From a virus: 64,000 nt of DNA. The stretch is taken from the IMG/VR virus record IMGVR_UViG_3300029712_000001. One strand, given 5' to 3'. Every line of letters begins with the position of its first letter. Position 1 is the stretch's first letter. A program made the position numbers and the translations under genes. Under the pieces are notes generated by a model that searched no databases, was not told the origin of the DNA, and saw nothing but the letters and a program-made list of their open reading frames with translations. Positions 1 to 9,811 of the stretch are shown piece after piece.

Positions 1-115
1 TTTGATAAACTTGAAACAGAATTTCCTTTTGTGTGGAAGTATGCGGTAAAGAAGGTACTGGATATGGAAAGCAGAGGAATGATCAAGGAAAGAGGTAGGT
101 TGATTATTGAAATAA

Positions 116-1444
116 TTGATAGGTATGATAGAAGAAAAGATTAAAATATTAATAGATTTAGGGTTTGTACCTATGGTGGAAGGAGAAGGAAATACGTTGT
201 TTAGAATGAACGACGTTGTGATGTCGGTGTCAGATCCTAACCAAACACCAGAGCAGTTGAAGAAGGAGGTTATGTCTTTAATAAAGAACAGAGACCTAGC
301 AGAAAGAGGCGGACAGGTTCCAGTAGTTGAAGAGCCGGCGCCTGAGCCAGAGCCGGTCCAGGGAGAGGAACCGGAAGCTCCGGCGGAGGAAGCCGCTCCT
401 AACCCTGGAGAAGAAGATTCGAATCCGTTTACAGAAAATCAGGAAACATTAGAGCCGTTTTATATCTGTGATGAGTTAAAGAAGATTGAGACCCCCAAAT
501 TCGTAAGATTGACATTAGACGATAATCGTTTTTATGTAAGAAAGATGGATGATGGGACGGCTAAGATATATGCTTCGGTAACAACCTTAATCAAAGATGG
601 GTATGTGGACGATAAGACAGCACTTCAGGAATGGAAGCAAGAGATAAAGATGCTTGGTCGCAATCCAGAAGAGGTGGCGCAGTATGAAGCCGATAAGGGA
701 ACGATCATGCACTACTTATACGGATTGTACCTAACAGGTAGAGATATGGTCTTAAATCGAAGCTTTGTGGTTAAGACAGTGCAAGAAGGCAAGCTGAAGA
801 TATCTAAGAAAAATCTTGATCGGTTCTTTAATAGCATAGATGATCTTGACGATATGATTGTCAGGGTCATGAAGTTTGCCAAATTCTGTTCTGATTACAA
901 GGTGAAACCGATGATGATAGAAAGAATCCTTTCTTTAGAGGATTACCTTGTAGCAACACCTATTGATGCGATGGTTAAAATGACATTCAAATACAAAGAA
1001 GAAGGTTATTTTGGAGCCGTGTATCAAAGGGCTACCGGACAGTTCAAAAAAGGTGATCCGAAGAAGGAAGTAAGAGAAGTGGAAAAAGAAAAAGTGGTCA
1101 TTCTTGACTTTAAATCGGGAGGAATATGGGAATCATATGCATTCCAATTGGAAGCTGAAAGAAGAATGGTTAAAGCATGGTATGGCATTGATGCACGTAT
1201 TATGAACTTTTCTCCAAAAAGCACGAGCAGTAAAGGATATACGCTGAAAGAATGGACAGAAGACAGTGTAGCACTTGAAAAGGCGGACTGTGTGTTCCAA
1301 CAAGGTATGTTGAATCACCTTAGAAAAGATAAGAAGTTTAAAGTGAGAAAAGGAGTGCTGAATATCAATAAGCCGTACAATGAAGAGGATCATATTGTCG
1401 TATATGATATTGCTGAGGAAATGTCTAAAAGATTCGTAATATGA
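116..1444 (+). CDS. PD-(D/E)XK-family nuclease-like protein
   Basis: 442-aa ORF. PIDAMVKM ... VVILDFKSGG ... YAFQLEAE fits the D / (D/E)xK / QxxxY core of RecB/lambda-Exo-like nucleases. Pro/Glu-rich acidic linker near the N-terminus. TTG at 116; ATG at 125 is an alternative start. Confidence 0.5.
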   Translation: MIGMIEEKIKILIDLGFVPMVEGEGNTLFRMNDVVMSVSDPNQTPEQLKKEVMSLIKNRDLAERGGQVPVVEEPAPEPEPVQGEEPEAPAEEAAPNPGEEDSNPFTENQETLEPFYICDELKKIETPKFVRLTLDDNRFYVRKMDDGTAKIYASVTTLIKDGYVDDKTALQEWKQEIKMLGRNPEEVAQYEADKGTIMHYLYGLYLTGRDMVLNRSFVVKTVQEGKLKISKKNLDRFFNSIDDLDDMIVRVMKFAKFCSDYKVKPMMIERILSLEDYLVATPIDAMVKMTFKYKEEGYFGAVYQRATGQFKKGDPKKEVREVEKEKVVILDFKSGGIWESYAFQLEAERRMVKAWYGIDARIMNFSPKSTSSKGYTLKEWTEDSVALEKADCVFQQGMLNHLRKDKKFKVRKGVLNINKPYNEEDHIVVYDIAEEMSKRFVI

Positions 1445-1674
1445 GTGATATTGTTATTCCTAAAGGAGATTATGTGGAAATCGTAAAACCGATATGTATC
1501 AATCCTTTTGGTAATTGTTTTATTAACATCAAAAGGGGTTCAAGATTAAGATTATCGAAAGATTTGAAAATAGGGGATAAGTATGCAATATGCATACTCA
1601 CATCTTACGAGAAATATGGCAAGACTGTTAATGTGACAATGCCTATACTGGTTAGAAACACAAGAATAGTATGA
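1441..1674 (+). CDS. hypothetical protein
   Basis: 77-aa ORF whose start overlaps the upstream stop (ATGA), suggesting translational coupling. Confidence 0.5.
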   Translation: MSDIVIPKGDYVEIVKPICINPFGNCFINIKRGSRLRLSKDLKIGDKYAICILTSYEKYGKTVNVTMPILVRNTRIV

Positions 1675-2021
1675 AAAGAAAAATTAGAAGAACCGGGGAG
1701 ATAATAGACGTAATCACCTTCAGTGGTTCAACTATAAGAAGTGACTATGACCAAATACAATTCTATGACAGCAACGGAAGTGTGATAAATGAGAGTTTAA
1801 ATTATTATCTCGATACCCTTCCTGTGGATGATGAGAACAAAGATGTAGACTGGGAACAACGTAGATTCGATCTTGTTAAGGCTTATTCTATTGAGTTCAT
1901 TAAAATGCAAGATAGAAAAGGAGAAATAGATTGCGGAGTATATATACCAGATGTGGTGTCATGGTCTATAACTATAGCGGATAGAATCATAGAAGCAATG
2001 AGAGGAGTTAAAAATGCTTGA
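1671..2021 (+). CDS. hypothetical protein
   Basis: 116-aa ORF, ATGA overlap with the upstream gene, same-strand operon context. Confidence 0.55.
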   Translation: MKRKIRRTGEIIDVITFSGSTIRSDYDQIQFYDSNGSVINESLNYYLDTLPVDDENKDVDWEQRRFDLVKAYSIEFIKMQDRKGEIDCGVYIPDVVSWSITIADRIIEAMRGVKNA

Positions 2022-3027
2022 TTTCAGAAGATACGAAAACGTACCCCGGTTTCAACTTGACCGCAGGCCCGGAAGGAGCCGGCTGAAGCTAACCTGCCCG
2101 GCTTGCGGAAAAAGCCGGTGCCTCACTCCTTATATTGATGTGGCAACAGGTCAGGTTGTTGGCAACGAGTTCGGAAGATGCGATCATGAACGGACTTGCG
2201 GTTACGATAAACGACCTACTGGTAAGGATGTAGGTGACAAAGATCTTTGGATTTCGGGAAACAAGTGTATAAGAGCTTATCGTCCTCCTGTAAATCCTGA
2301 CGTTGTAAATTACATACCTTTTAGCGAGTTTGAGAGGACTGTGGTTCCAGACGACAGAAACACCGTATTTAGATTTTTATCGTCTCTATGGGGAAAAGAA
2401 AGGGTATCTGATGTATTCAGGAGGTATCATGTCGGAACAATGGACTTATGGGGATGGAAAGGGTGTTGTATATTCTGGCAGATAGACAAAGATTTTGTAT
2501 GTAGAACCGGCAAGATCATGGACTTTTATATAAAGACCGACAGCCAGGGGAATGAGATTGATGTAAAAAGAGTGAAGGAAAAAGACGGTGACAATGAGCG
2601 ACCTCATGTCATGTTTTATCACTCGTTGCATGCAAGAGACTTCTTGTTTAGACAATGCCTGTTCGGAGAGCATCTTTTAAGCCAGTATCCGGATAAGGTA
2701 GTTAATTTGGTGGAGTCAGAGAAGACGGCTATTATATGCGCCGTGAATAAACCGGATGAGTTATTTGTAGCTACCGGTGGGTTGCAGAACTTAAGACCGG
2801 AAGTGATAGATGTTTTAAAAGATAGAAAGACTGTAGCTTTTCCGGACAAAGGACAAGCATTTGACACATGGAGTAAAAAGATAGATGGGATGATGATGAA
2901 GTCAAGGATAAAAGTATCGGACTATCTTCAGAGTGTTGAGAATGTAGGAGACGGAGATGATGTGGCAGATTTGATAATTAATAACAAAGTAAAAGAGAAA
3001 TATTATGAGCCTGGACGTTTATATTAA
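2014..3027 (+). CDS. Zn-finger / TOPRIM-like protein (putative primase or primase-associated)
   Basis: N-terminal Cys/His cluster (CPACG ... CDHERTC). C-terminal VNLVESEKTAIICAV ... VAFPDKG resembles the TOPRIM Glu and acidic motifs. GAGGAG Shine-Dalgarno upstream. Confidence 0.45.
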   Translation: MLDFRRYENVPRFQLDRRPGRSRLKLTCPACGKSRCLTPYIDVATGQVVGNEFGRCDHERTCGYDKRPTGKDVGDKDLWISGNKCIRAYRPPVNPDVVNYIPFSEFERTVVPDDRNTVFRFLSSLWGKERVSDVFRRYHVGTMDLWGWKGCCIFWQIDKDFVCRTGKIMDFYIKTDSQGNEIDVKRVKEKDGDNERPHVMFYHSLHARDFLFRQCLFGEHLLSQYPDKVVNLVESEKTAIICAVNKPDELFVATGGLQNLRPEVIDVLKDRKTVAFPDKGQAFDTWSKKIDGMMMKSRIKVSDYLQSVENVGDGDDVADLIINNKVKEKYYEPGRLY

Positions 3028-3358
3028 GAGCAAGAAGAAAGAAGAGGATCGTGAATGGGTTGCAAACATCACCCACAACATGAACAAGATGGCACAAAAA
3101 ATATTCGTATCAGAAAACAAAGAAACACTATACGATTATGTTTGGAGACCGGAAGAATTGGGCAGGGAAATAGATACTAAGGAGATGGTGAAGATACTCA
3201 CAAAAGGTATATATATTATGATCTCCAAGAGAAAAAGTCTTTTGAGATACGAACCAGAAAACGGATGGGGGTCTTATGATTCATTTCTTAAGTTTCTTAT
3301 CAAATACAAAGAGGCGTGTGAAGATCATCCGGGTTATATAATTGAAGCAAGTAGATAA
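3005..3358 (+). CDS. hypothetical protein
   Basis: 117-aa ORF in the operon; no motif recognised. Confidence 0.55.
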   Translation: MSLDVYIKSKKKEEDREWVANITHNMNKMAQKIFVSENKETLYDYVWRPEELGREIDTKEMVKILTKGIYIMISKRKSLLRYEPENGWGSYDSFLKFLIKYKEACEDHPGYIIEASR

Positions 3359-3620
3359 CAACATGGAAAATTATAAAAATACTTTAAATGAGGTAGTGGT
3401 GATCGAATCGTCACCAGAAACGTATTTTGTTTACGCTATTCGTAATGCTATTCGTATCTCTAAATGTGCGTATCCGACAGCCAAGAAAGTAATTTTCAAA
3501 AGAGAGGACGTAGAGGTAGAGATCTCAGAAATGGAAACTGAAAGCAGTTTGTATGAAAAGTTTAAAGAAAAACAAAAGAATAGGGTATGGAACTTAATGA
3601 GCGCCAACAACGGGTTTTAA
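3342..3620 (+). CDS. hypothetical protein
   Basis: 92-aa ORF; the internal ATG (MENYKN) may be the real start. Confidence 0.5.
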   Translation: MKQVDNNMENYKNTLNEVVVIESSPETYFVYAIRNAIRISKCAYPTAKKVIFKREDVEVEISEMETESSLYEKFKEKQKNRVWNLMSANNGF

Positions 3621-4153
3621 GAGGCGAAATTTGTCCTTATTGCGGAAGAGAAACTGAGCTGGTAAATGCCGATAAAATATATAGCAGAAAAGGCTTAGGG
3701 ATGGTTATGATGTGCAAACCATGCAACGCTTATGTCGGTGTTCATGAATCAGGGCCGAATAAGGGAAAGGCTAAAGGCCGGCTTGCGGGGCCATCACTGA
3801 GGTCTCTTAAGATAAGAGTCCATGCCGAACTTGACAGATTATGGTCTACGCCGGAGGAACGGGAAAGGATGTATAAAGATTTATCTGAATTTCTATCTAT
3901 ACCGGAAGAGTACACACATATAGGTATGTTTGGCGAGAAGACGATGGGAAAAGTCTTTCAATTCTGTCATGTAAACAAAGAGCGATCAGGTTCGAGAATA
4001 GAATGGCATAAACCTGGAGATAAGTGCCCTAATAAAAACAATCAAATAGTGTCAGGAAGTAGCGCATGTAGAGGATGTCCTGAGTATCTCCATGATGAGA
4101 AAGATGGGTATGTCTGGTGTGATCCTGATATGAGCTACGGCAGGTTGAAATAG
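3587..4153 (+). CDS. Zn-ribbon protein (DUF3268-like)
   Basis: CPYCG ... CKPCNAYVGVH paired CxxC motifs at the N-terminus; further Cys/His near the C-terminus. Confidence 0.45.
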   Translation: MELNERQQRVLRGEICPYCGRETELVNADKIYSRKGLGMVMMCKPCNAYVGVHESGPNKGKAKGRLAGPSLRSLKIRVHAELDRLWSTPEERERMYKDLSEFLSIPEEYTHIGMFGEKTMGKVFQFCHVNKERSGSRIEWHKPGDKCPNKNNQIVSGSSACRGCPEYLHDEKDGYVWCDPDMSYGRLK

Positions 4154-4166
4154 GACGCGAATTACC

Positions 4167-4174
4167 TATCTTTG
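4167..4174 (+). promoter_or_regulatory. Bacteroidota-type -7 promoter box (TAnnTTTG)
   Basis: TATCTTTG lies in the 52-bp intergenic gap, about 32 nt upstream of the ATG at 4206. Confidence 0.4.
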
Positions 4175-4205
4175 TGCTATTATTCATCAAAAAAAATATA
4201 AGCAC

Positions 4206-4484
4206 ATGGGTAGATCGACAGAGTACTACAGGACTCATCCCGAAGCCAGGAAGAAAAAGGCTAAAAAGGACAAGGAGATAAATGCCAGACCGGAACAGAA
4301 AGCCAAACGCCGGGAGCTTGGTCGTAAAAACTACGAAACGGACAAGAAGAAAGGCAAAAGCTGGAGGAAAGGCAAAGATTGTTCTCATACCAAAAACGGT
4401 CTTAGGTATAAATCAGTAAAAGCTAATAGGGGATCCAAATCGGATACAAAAGGTGACAAAAATGCACGAGGAGATAGCAAATAG
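4206..4484 (+). CDS. highly basic Lys/Arg-rich small protein
   Basis: 92-aa ORF, very K/R-rich, preceded by a promoter-like box. Confidence 0.45.
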   Translation: MGRSTEYYRTHPEARKKKAKKDKEINARPEQKAKRRELGRKNYETDKKKGKSWRKGKDCSHTKNGLRYKSVKANRGSKSDTKGDKNARGDSK

Positions 4485-5586
4485 GATAGATATAAGAAGG
4501 ATATTCAAAACCTCCAAACAGGTTATGGAAGAGGCGTATGAGAATATCTTAAAATACAGGCGGGGAGAGCTTATCCCCGCTAAAACCGGATACGATTATA
4601 TTGATGAGGCTTTGCTTGGAGGTATTTTCCCTCAGCACGCTATTGCCATAGGAGCCCGGCCATCTGTGGGTAAATCGTATGTGGCCCAAAAGATATTGGA
4701 AAATGTGATGAATCCGATGATCAACCCACAAGCAGAAGATTATTTTCTTGTCAATTGCGAGTTCGAAATGAATCCTCAGGATCTTCTTCTTCGCAGAATG
4801 AGTCAGGATATGAAAAAACGGGCTCCTGAAATATTAAGAAGGCAAGATTCTAATACAGTAGAAGAGATGAGGATGTTTGAAATCCTTCAAGGTGAAATCA
4901 GGAATAATATAATATACATCGATGCTCCGTGTACGGTAAAAGAGTTTGAGGCGGCTGTATATCATATAGCTACTAAGCATAAAGACAAACGTCTTATAAT
5001 ATTTAAAGTCGATCATATTGCTTTGATAAAAAGAATGGGATTGGATCCTAAGTCGGCTATAGATGATTTGGTGGCGGTTATGAACGAAGCTAAATTAGTA
5101 TATAAAAACATATTTTTCCTCATCATATCCCAATTCAACAGAGAGATAGAAGGAAGGATAAAAAGCCCTCAAGAGCAGCCTCCCCGTCTTTCTGACTTTT
5201 ATCAGTCTGATACGCTGGGGCAACTATGTACGTTAATGATAGGTTTGCATAATCCTCGCAGATACGGGCTGGACAAGTATATGATATTTGGGAAAGACTG
5301 GTATCAGACTCTTGACCGGTTTAAAACTGAAAACAAAACATCATTCAGGACAGCCGGACTGGTGTTTCATCATATACTGAAGGTAAGGCAAGTTAGTATG
5401 GAAGAGCTTACTAATACAATCCACCCAGAGATCCTGCCGGGGCATGGATGGATGTACGGGGAGGGAGGGACGAAGTTCGTGAACCCCAACCAGCCGCCGA
5501 CGCCGCCCAAGCTCTATACTGTGGAAGACGTTACGAACAATCAAGATCAAGAACAAGAGGTAAAGGAAGAACAGTCAGTATATTAA
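4453..5586 (+). CDS. DnaB-like replicative helicase (RecA-fold domain)
   Basis: Walker A GARPSVGKS, Walker-B-like IIFKVDHI, and SQFNRE resembling the DnaB SQLNR motif. Confidence 0.7.
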   Translation: MTKMHEEIANRIDIRRIFKTSKQVMEEAYENILKYRRGELIPAKTGYDYIDEALLGGIFPQHAIAIGARPSVGKSYVAQKILENVMNPMINPQAEDYFLVNCEFEMNPQDLLLRRMSQDMKKRAPEILRRQDSNTVEEMRMFEILQGEIRNNIIYIDAPCTVKEFEAAVYHIATKHKDKRLIIFKVDHIALIKRMGLDPKSAIDDLVAVMNEAKLVYKNIFFLIISQFNREIEGRIKSPQEQPPRLSDFYQSDTLGQLCTLMIGLHNPRRYGLDKYMIFGKDWYQTLDRFKTENKTSFRTAGLVFHHILKVRQVSMEELTNTIHPEILPGHGWMYGEGGTKFVNPNQPPTPPKLYTVEDVTNNQDQEQEVKEEQSVY

Positions 5587-5599
5587 AAAAAAGAAACGT

Positions 5600-6202
5600 A
5601 TGAGACTTACCGTAGAAGAAAACGAATACCTGATAAGTAAGTTCCTTTTGGTTCTTACTGAGTTCGCAGGGGATGAAAGAGAGATGTTTTTAATCAACTC
5701 CATACATGATAAAGCAGTAGCGGATATGAATTATCGTCTTCCGTCTTTAATAAGCAGAGAACGCAAAAGACGAGTCATTGAGCTTCTTAAAGAAGGGACC
5801 AGAATAATCAAAGACTTTTCTGGTTATGCAGGTGATATGGGTATGATTAACGAATACGATCGTCTAAAGAAAGAAATAGGTACCGTCCAAGACCAGCTTG
5901 GTGACGTAGAAGGTCAACTTCGGGCAGCAGGAGAAGTTATTAAAAAAGAACTTGATATGATTGCTGACCGGATCAAAGAAGACCTTCTCGACCGAGAGCT
6001 GGCTAAAAGTAATGCCGAGGCTGAAAGAAAAGCCAAAGTGGATCCGAGATACGAAGTAGCTTTAGGTGATTACAAGGAGATGCTGGAAGTGATTTTTACA
6101 ACCAGAAACAAGTATTCTACGGTAGATTCTGTACATGACGATCTTCGACAGTCGGTATCTACCGGTAGAAATTCGATTATCAAAGAAGGGTACAACAGTT
6201 AA
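5600..6202 (+). CDS. hypothetical coiled-coil protein
   Basis: 200-aa ORF with a charged heptad-like central segment. Confidence 0.6.
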   Translation: MRLTVEENEYLISKFLLVLTEFAGDEREMFLINSIHDKAVADMNYRLPSLISRERKRRVIELLKEGTRIIKDFSGYAGDMGMINEYDRLKKEIGTVQDQLGDVEGQLRAAGEVIKKELDMIADRIKEDLLDRELAKSNAEAERKAKVDPRYEVALGDYKEMLEVIFTTRNKYSTVDSVHDDLRQSVSTGRNSIIKEGYNS

Positions 6203-6217
6203 AAACAAGGAGGAAAT

Positions 6218-6424
6218 ATGGAAAAGAAGGAATTTAAAGTAGGAGAAGTGTTTGATGCCGGACTTGTGAGATTAAAATGTGTGGAACCTACGGCGCCAAA
6301 TGCAGGATGTGAAGGATGTATATTCAATTACTTTACATGCGGGGCAGTGGATGTGATTGCAGGTCCGTGTAGTCACGCGGAGAGGGAGGATAATAGAGAT
6401 GTTATTTTCATTAAAGCTGATTAG
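6218..6424 (+). CDS. hypothetical small Cys-containing protein
   Basis: 68-aa ORF with a strong AGGAGG Shine-Dalgarno 7 nt upstream. Confidence 0.55.
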   Translation: MEKKEFKVGEVFDAGLVRLKCVEPTAPNAGCEGCIFNYFTCGAVDVIAGPCSHAEREDNRDVIFIKAD

Positions 6425-6426
6425 GA

Positions 6427-7140
6427 ATGTACATCAATTTCAGACAACTTACAGCATCAGACATGACTCCTAATGATCTCGCTAATCTTCTTGCCATAAG
6501 ACAGAAGGATTCGGTTATGATCGAAGCCATACCGGAAGAAGATGCTGGTAGATATATAGAGCTTGGCCTGGTTGAGAAATTAAAATCAGGCGTGATGAGA
6601 TTAACCAACAAAGGAACGTCTTTTGTGAATTATATAGAGACACCGGAAATGACGGACGAGGTTCTGGAAACGTTGAAGATTATGATAGGAATGTACGAAT
6701 CGTATTCAAAAGACATAGGTGTCAGCAGAAAAGAAGCGGAATCCAGGTTGTGTTGGTTTATGGGTAACACCTCATTCAAGAAAGAGGTCATACTTCAGGT
6801 AACGGAATCTTATATAGCAGAGTCAGGAGATTATACAATGAGCTTATGTAACTTTATATGGAAACCGCCTTCTCAGGCTTTTTCAGTCCATATGAACCTT
6901 AAAAACTCAAAGCTCTTCGACTTAATAGCTGAAAAATTCAAGATCGCTACCGAGCCTTATTTGGAGTCTAAGAAGAATAAGGAAATGGATTGGTTGTTTG
7001 CCGTATCTAAATTGCCTACGCCGCCGGCTAAAGGCAATCCGGATTATTTGTTTACCGGAAGTTCTGAAACAGACAAAGAGAGATTGAAAAACATAAAAAC
7101 GTATTTATTTAACAAAATTAGAAAGCAATGGAAAAAGTAG
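6427..7140 (+). CDS. hypothetical protein
   Basis: 237-aa ORF, tightly packed in the operon. Confidence 0.6.
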   Translation: MYINFRQLTASDMTPNDLANLLAIRQKDSVMIEAIPEEDAGRYIELGLVEKLKSGVMRLTNKGTSFVNYIETPEMTDEVLETLKIMIGMYESYSKDIGVSRKEAESRLCWFMGNTSFKKEVILQVTESYIAESGDYTMSLCNFIWKPPSQAFSVHMNLKNSKLFDLIAEKFKIATEPYLESKKNKEMDWLFAVSKLPTPPAKGNPDYLFTGSSETDKERLKNIKTYLFNKIRKQWKK

Positions 7141-7379
7141 AAATCAGAAAGATTATAGAGGATATAATTATTATTCAGTTTCTTAATTCAGAAATGGATA
7201 TAGTTCATGAAGAAGATGTGACGTTTAAAGAACTTGGATTAGATTCTCTTGATCAAATTGAACTTGAAATGATGGTGGAACAAAAATTCAATATTGTTAT
7301 TATTGATTATAATATGGAGACCATCAAAGATATGACTGATCTTGTTTACAAAACAATAACAGAAGGATATGGGAAGTGA
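7128..7379 (+). CDS. acyl carrier protein-like
   Basis: 83 aa. FKELGLDSLDQIELEMMVEQKF aligns with the ACP phosphopantetheine-attachment motif (LGxDSLDxVEL). Size and helix pattern match ACP. Confidence 0.8.
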   Translation: MEKVEIRKIIEDIIIIQFLNSEMDIVHEEDVTFKELGLDSLDQIELEMMVEQKFNIVIIDYNMETIKDMTDLVYKTITEGYGK

Positions 7380-7863
7380 TATAATTTTATGCATGGCTTT
7401 AATAGCGTCATTTGCTTTTGTTATACAGTTTTTGTTGTCGATATTAGGATCTGATCTGGATACGGATATTGACATTGACAGTGCTTCTGATTTAAGCATG
7501 TCTTTGTCGGACATCATATCATTCAAGGGCATAACACATTTCATTCTTGGATATAGCTGGACTACTTACTTTTCGGGTTCCCATTTAGTAGGGGTTGTGA
7601 TAGGGTCGTTTTTCTTTATCGTTTTGTTTTACGTATATAAGTTACTTCTTAAGTTAAAGCAAGAAATGGTGTACGAATGTCCGGAAGATTTAAATGGCCG
7701 AGAGGTGGAGATAGTGTTTAGATCAGGGAAGAATCATTATATGGTAAATATTTCGAAAAATGGAAGACAGGAGCAAATGAGAGTAAGATGCTTGTCTGGA
7801 AAAACTTACAAAAACGGTGACAAGGTGAATATAAAATATGAAGAAGGAGAATTAAGTATCTAA
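7369..7863 (+). CDS. NfeD/YqiJ-like membrane protein
   Basis: N-terminal TM helix, acidic DLDTDIDID segment, further TM helices and a C-terminal beta-rich (OB-like) tail. 11-nt overlap with the ACP gene, and directly upstream of the flotillin gene as in yqiJ-yqiK type operons. Confidence 0.55.
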   Translation: MGSDIILCMALIASFAFVIQFLLSILGSDLDTDIDIDSASDLSMSLSDIISFKGITHFILGYSWTTYFSGSHLVGVVIGSFFFIVLFYVYKLLLKLKQEMVYECPEDLNGREVEIVFRSGKNHYMVNISKNGRQEQMRVRCLSGKTYKNGDKVNIKYEEGELSI

Positions 7864-7894
7864 TTTTTTTATCAACAATTAAATTTTAAAAGTT

Positions 7895-9595
7895 ATGACA
7901 ACAATCATGTACGTGTCAGCTATATTAGCTGTAGTGATTATTTTGACAATCATCGGAGTCTTATCAAGGTATCGTAGATGTAAGCCTAATCAGGTCTTGG
8001 TCGTTTATGGTAAGACAGGTGGGGAAAAGAAGTCGGCGAAATTATATCATGGTGGAGCGGCATTTGTCTTACCTATTATTCAAAGCTATGATGTTTTGTC
8101 AATGGAGCCTATGCAAATAGATTGCAAGCTTACCGGTGCTTTGTCATCTCAGAATATTAGAGTAGATGTACCTACAACCATTACAGTAGCTATCAGTACA
8201 AATCTCGAAATCATGCAAAATGCGGCAGAAAGACTTTTGGGGATGGATACCGAATCTACTGAAAATCTTATTACGGACATCGTTTACGGTCAGATGCGTT
8301 TGATTATTGCTGAAATGACAATCGAAAAACTTAATTCTGACAGGGATGAGTTTTTGGATAAGGCAAGAAAGAACATTGATAACGAGCTTAACAAGTTAGG
8401 TCTTTACCTCCTGAACATCAACATCAGTGACATCAGAGACGAAGCCGGTTATATTATGAACCTTGGTAAGGAGGCTGAAAGTAGGGCTCTGAACGAGGCA
8501 CAGGCTAATATCGAAGAACAGGAGAAGCTGGGTGCTATTAAGATTGCTGTACAGCAGAAGGAGAAAGAAACGGCTGTGGCTAATACCAAAAAAGAGCAAG
8601 AGATTCAAATTGCTTGTACTGAAAAAGAAAAGGAAACGATAGTAGCTGAAACGAAGAAAGAAAAAGAAATAGCTTTAGCTTTAACCGATAAAGAGAAACA
8701 GATCGGTGTAGCTCAAGCAGATAGAGACAGGGCTGCGGTTATCGCAAAAACTTTAACCGACAAGGAATCGGCGATCGTAAGATCTAAGGCAGAACTTGAA
8801 GTAAATAAAGCCGAGGCTGAAAGAATGGAAGAAGTCGGAAAGAATAAGGCTGAAGCTGACAAGGAAGCAGCTATAGCAATACAAGACTCTGAAGCTCAGA
8901 TTAAGAAGGCTGAGGCTGAGAAAAATGCGTCTATAGGATACAACAATGCCCAGAAGGAGGTTGCTGTATCAGTATCAGAACTACAGATCATCAAAGCTCA
9001 ATCAGAGAAGAAGGCCGGAGAAGAAAAAGTTAAATCGGAAGCGGCTGTAAAAACAGCAAAAGAGCTTGCCGACAAAGAAGTGGAAGAAGCTAAGGCTAAG
9101 AAAGTTCAGGCTGCGCTTAAGGCTGAAAAGATTGTGCCGGCTGAAACCCAGAAGGAAGAGGCTATCTTGCAAGCTGATGCCGAGGCCGAGAAGATCAAAC
9201 GCCGGGCTGAGGCTGAGGCAGCAGCACATTTGGCAAAAGCTGAGGCGGAGGCAAAAGCTATTCAGATGAAGCTGGAGGCAGAAGCCGAAGGTAAGAAAAA
9301 GTCGTTAATGGCAGAAGCCGACGGATTTAAGGCCATGGTGGAAGCAGCAGAATCCAATCCTCAGATCGCCATCCAATACAAGATGGTTAATCAGTGGAAA
9401 GAAATTGCCGGAGAACAGGTTAAGGCGTTCGAGCACATCAATCTCGGAAATATCACGGTATTTGACGGCGGTCAGAACAGTACCGGTAATTTCCTTAACA
9501 ATGTTGTCAAGACCGTCGCTCCGGCATTGGGAGTCATTGATCAGCTTCCGATTGCAGATACTTTAAAGAAGCTAAAAGGAGATGACAAAAAATAA
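7895..9595 (+). CDS. flotillin-like SPFH/Band-7 protein
   Basis: 566 aa. N-terminal TM anchor followed by RYRRCKPNQVLVVYGK...GGAAFVLPIIQ, typical of the flotillin/YqiK start. Long Glu/Ala/Lys coiled coil and a conserved C-terminal flotillin-like tail. Confidence 0.85.
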   Translation: MTTIMYVSAILAVVIILTIIGVLSRYRRCKPNQVLVVYGKTGGEKKSAKLYHGGAAFVLPIIQSYDVLSMEPMQIDCKLTGALSSQNIRVDVPTTITVAISTNLEIMQNAAERLLGMDTESTENLITDIVYGQMRLIIAEMTIEKLNSDRDEFLDKARKNIDNELNKLGLYLLNINISDIRDEAGYIMNLGKEAESRALNEAQANIEEQEKLGAIKIAVQQKEKETAVANTKKEQEIQIACTEKEKETIVAETKKEKEIALALTDKEKQIGVAQADRDRAAVIAKTLTDKESAIVRSKAELEVNKAEAERMEEVGKNKAEADKEAAIAIQDSEAQIKKAEAEKNASIGYNNAQKEVAVSVSELQIIKAQSEKKAGEEKVKSEAAVKTAKELADKEVEEAKAKKVQAALKAEKIVPAETQKEEAILQADAEAEKIKRRAEAEAAAHLAKAEAEAKAIQMKLEAEAEGKKKSLMAEADGFKAMVEAAESNPQIAIQYKMVNQWKEIAGEQVKAFEHINLGNITVFDGGQNSTGNFLNNVVKTVAPALGVIDQLPIADTLKKLKGDDKK

Positions 9596-9602
9596 ATACA
9601 AT

Positions 9603-9624
9603 GGCCCAAGGTTACACTTGGGCC
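9603..9624 (+). terminator. hairpin downstream of the flotillin gene
   Basis: GGCCCAAG-gttaca-CTTGGGCC, 8-bp GC-rich stem 8 nt after the stop; no clear U-tract. Confidence 0.4.
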
Positions 9625-9811
9625 TAATTGAAGAAATAAAAGCAGCATTCATAGATTTCCTGCCTGCTGGAACAGTGATTTTAAGTGCTTTACTAATTAC
9701 GATATTTTTAACATGGATTTTGGACAAGATTTAGAACCAGAAGAACTGACCAAGCATTATGATCAGTGTTATAACCCCAAATAGTATTAAACCAATATAA
9801 TTCTATTATAA

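Noticed and set aside
8500-9300. Apparent DNA repetitiveness in the flotillin gene.
   Set aside because: It reflects the Glu/Ala/Lys coiled-coil codon composition (GAA/GCT/AAG), not discrete tandem DNA repeats.
9618-9734. Possible 38-aa TM peptide (TTG start; ...FIDFLPAGTVILSALLITIFLTWILDKI) after the flotillin gene.
   Set aside because: There is no ATG. The start would lie inside the terminator hairpin, there is no RBS, and it is too short to support from sequence alone.
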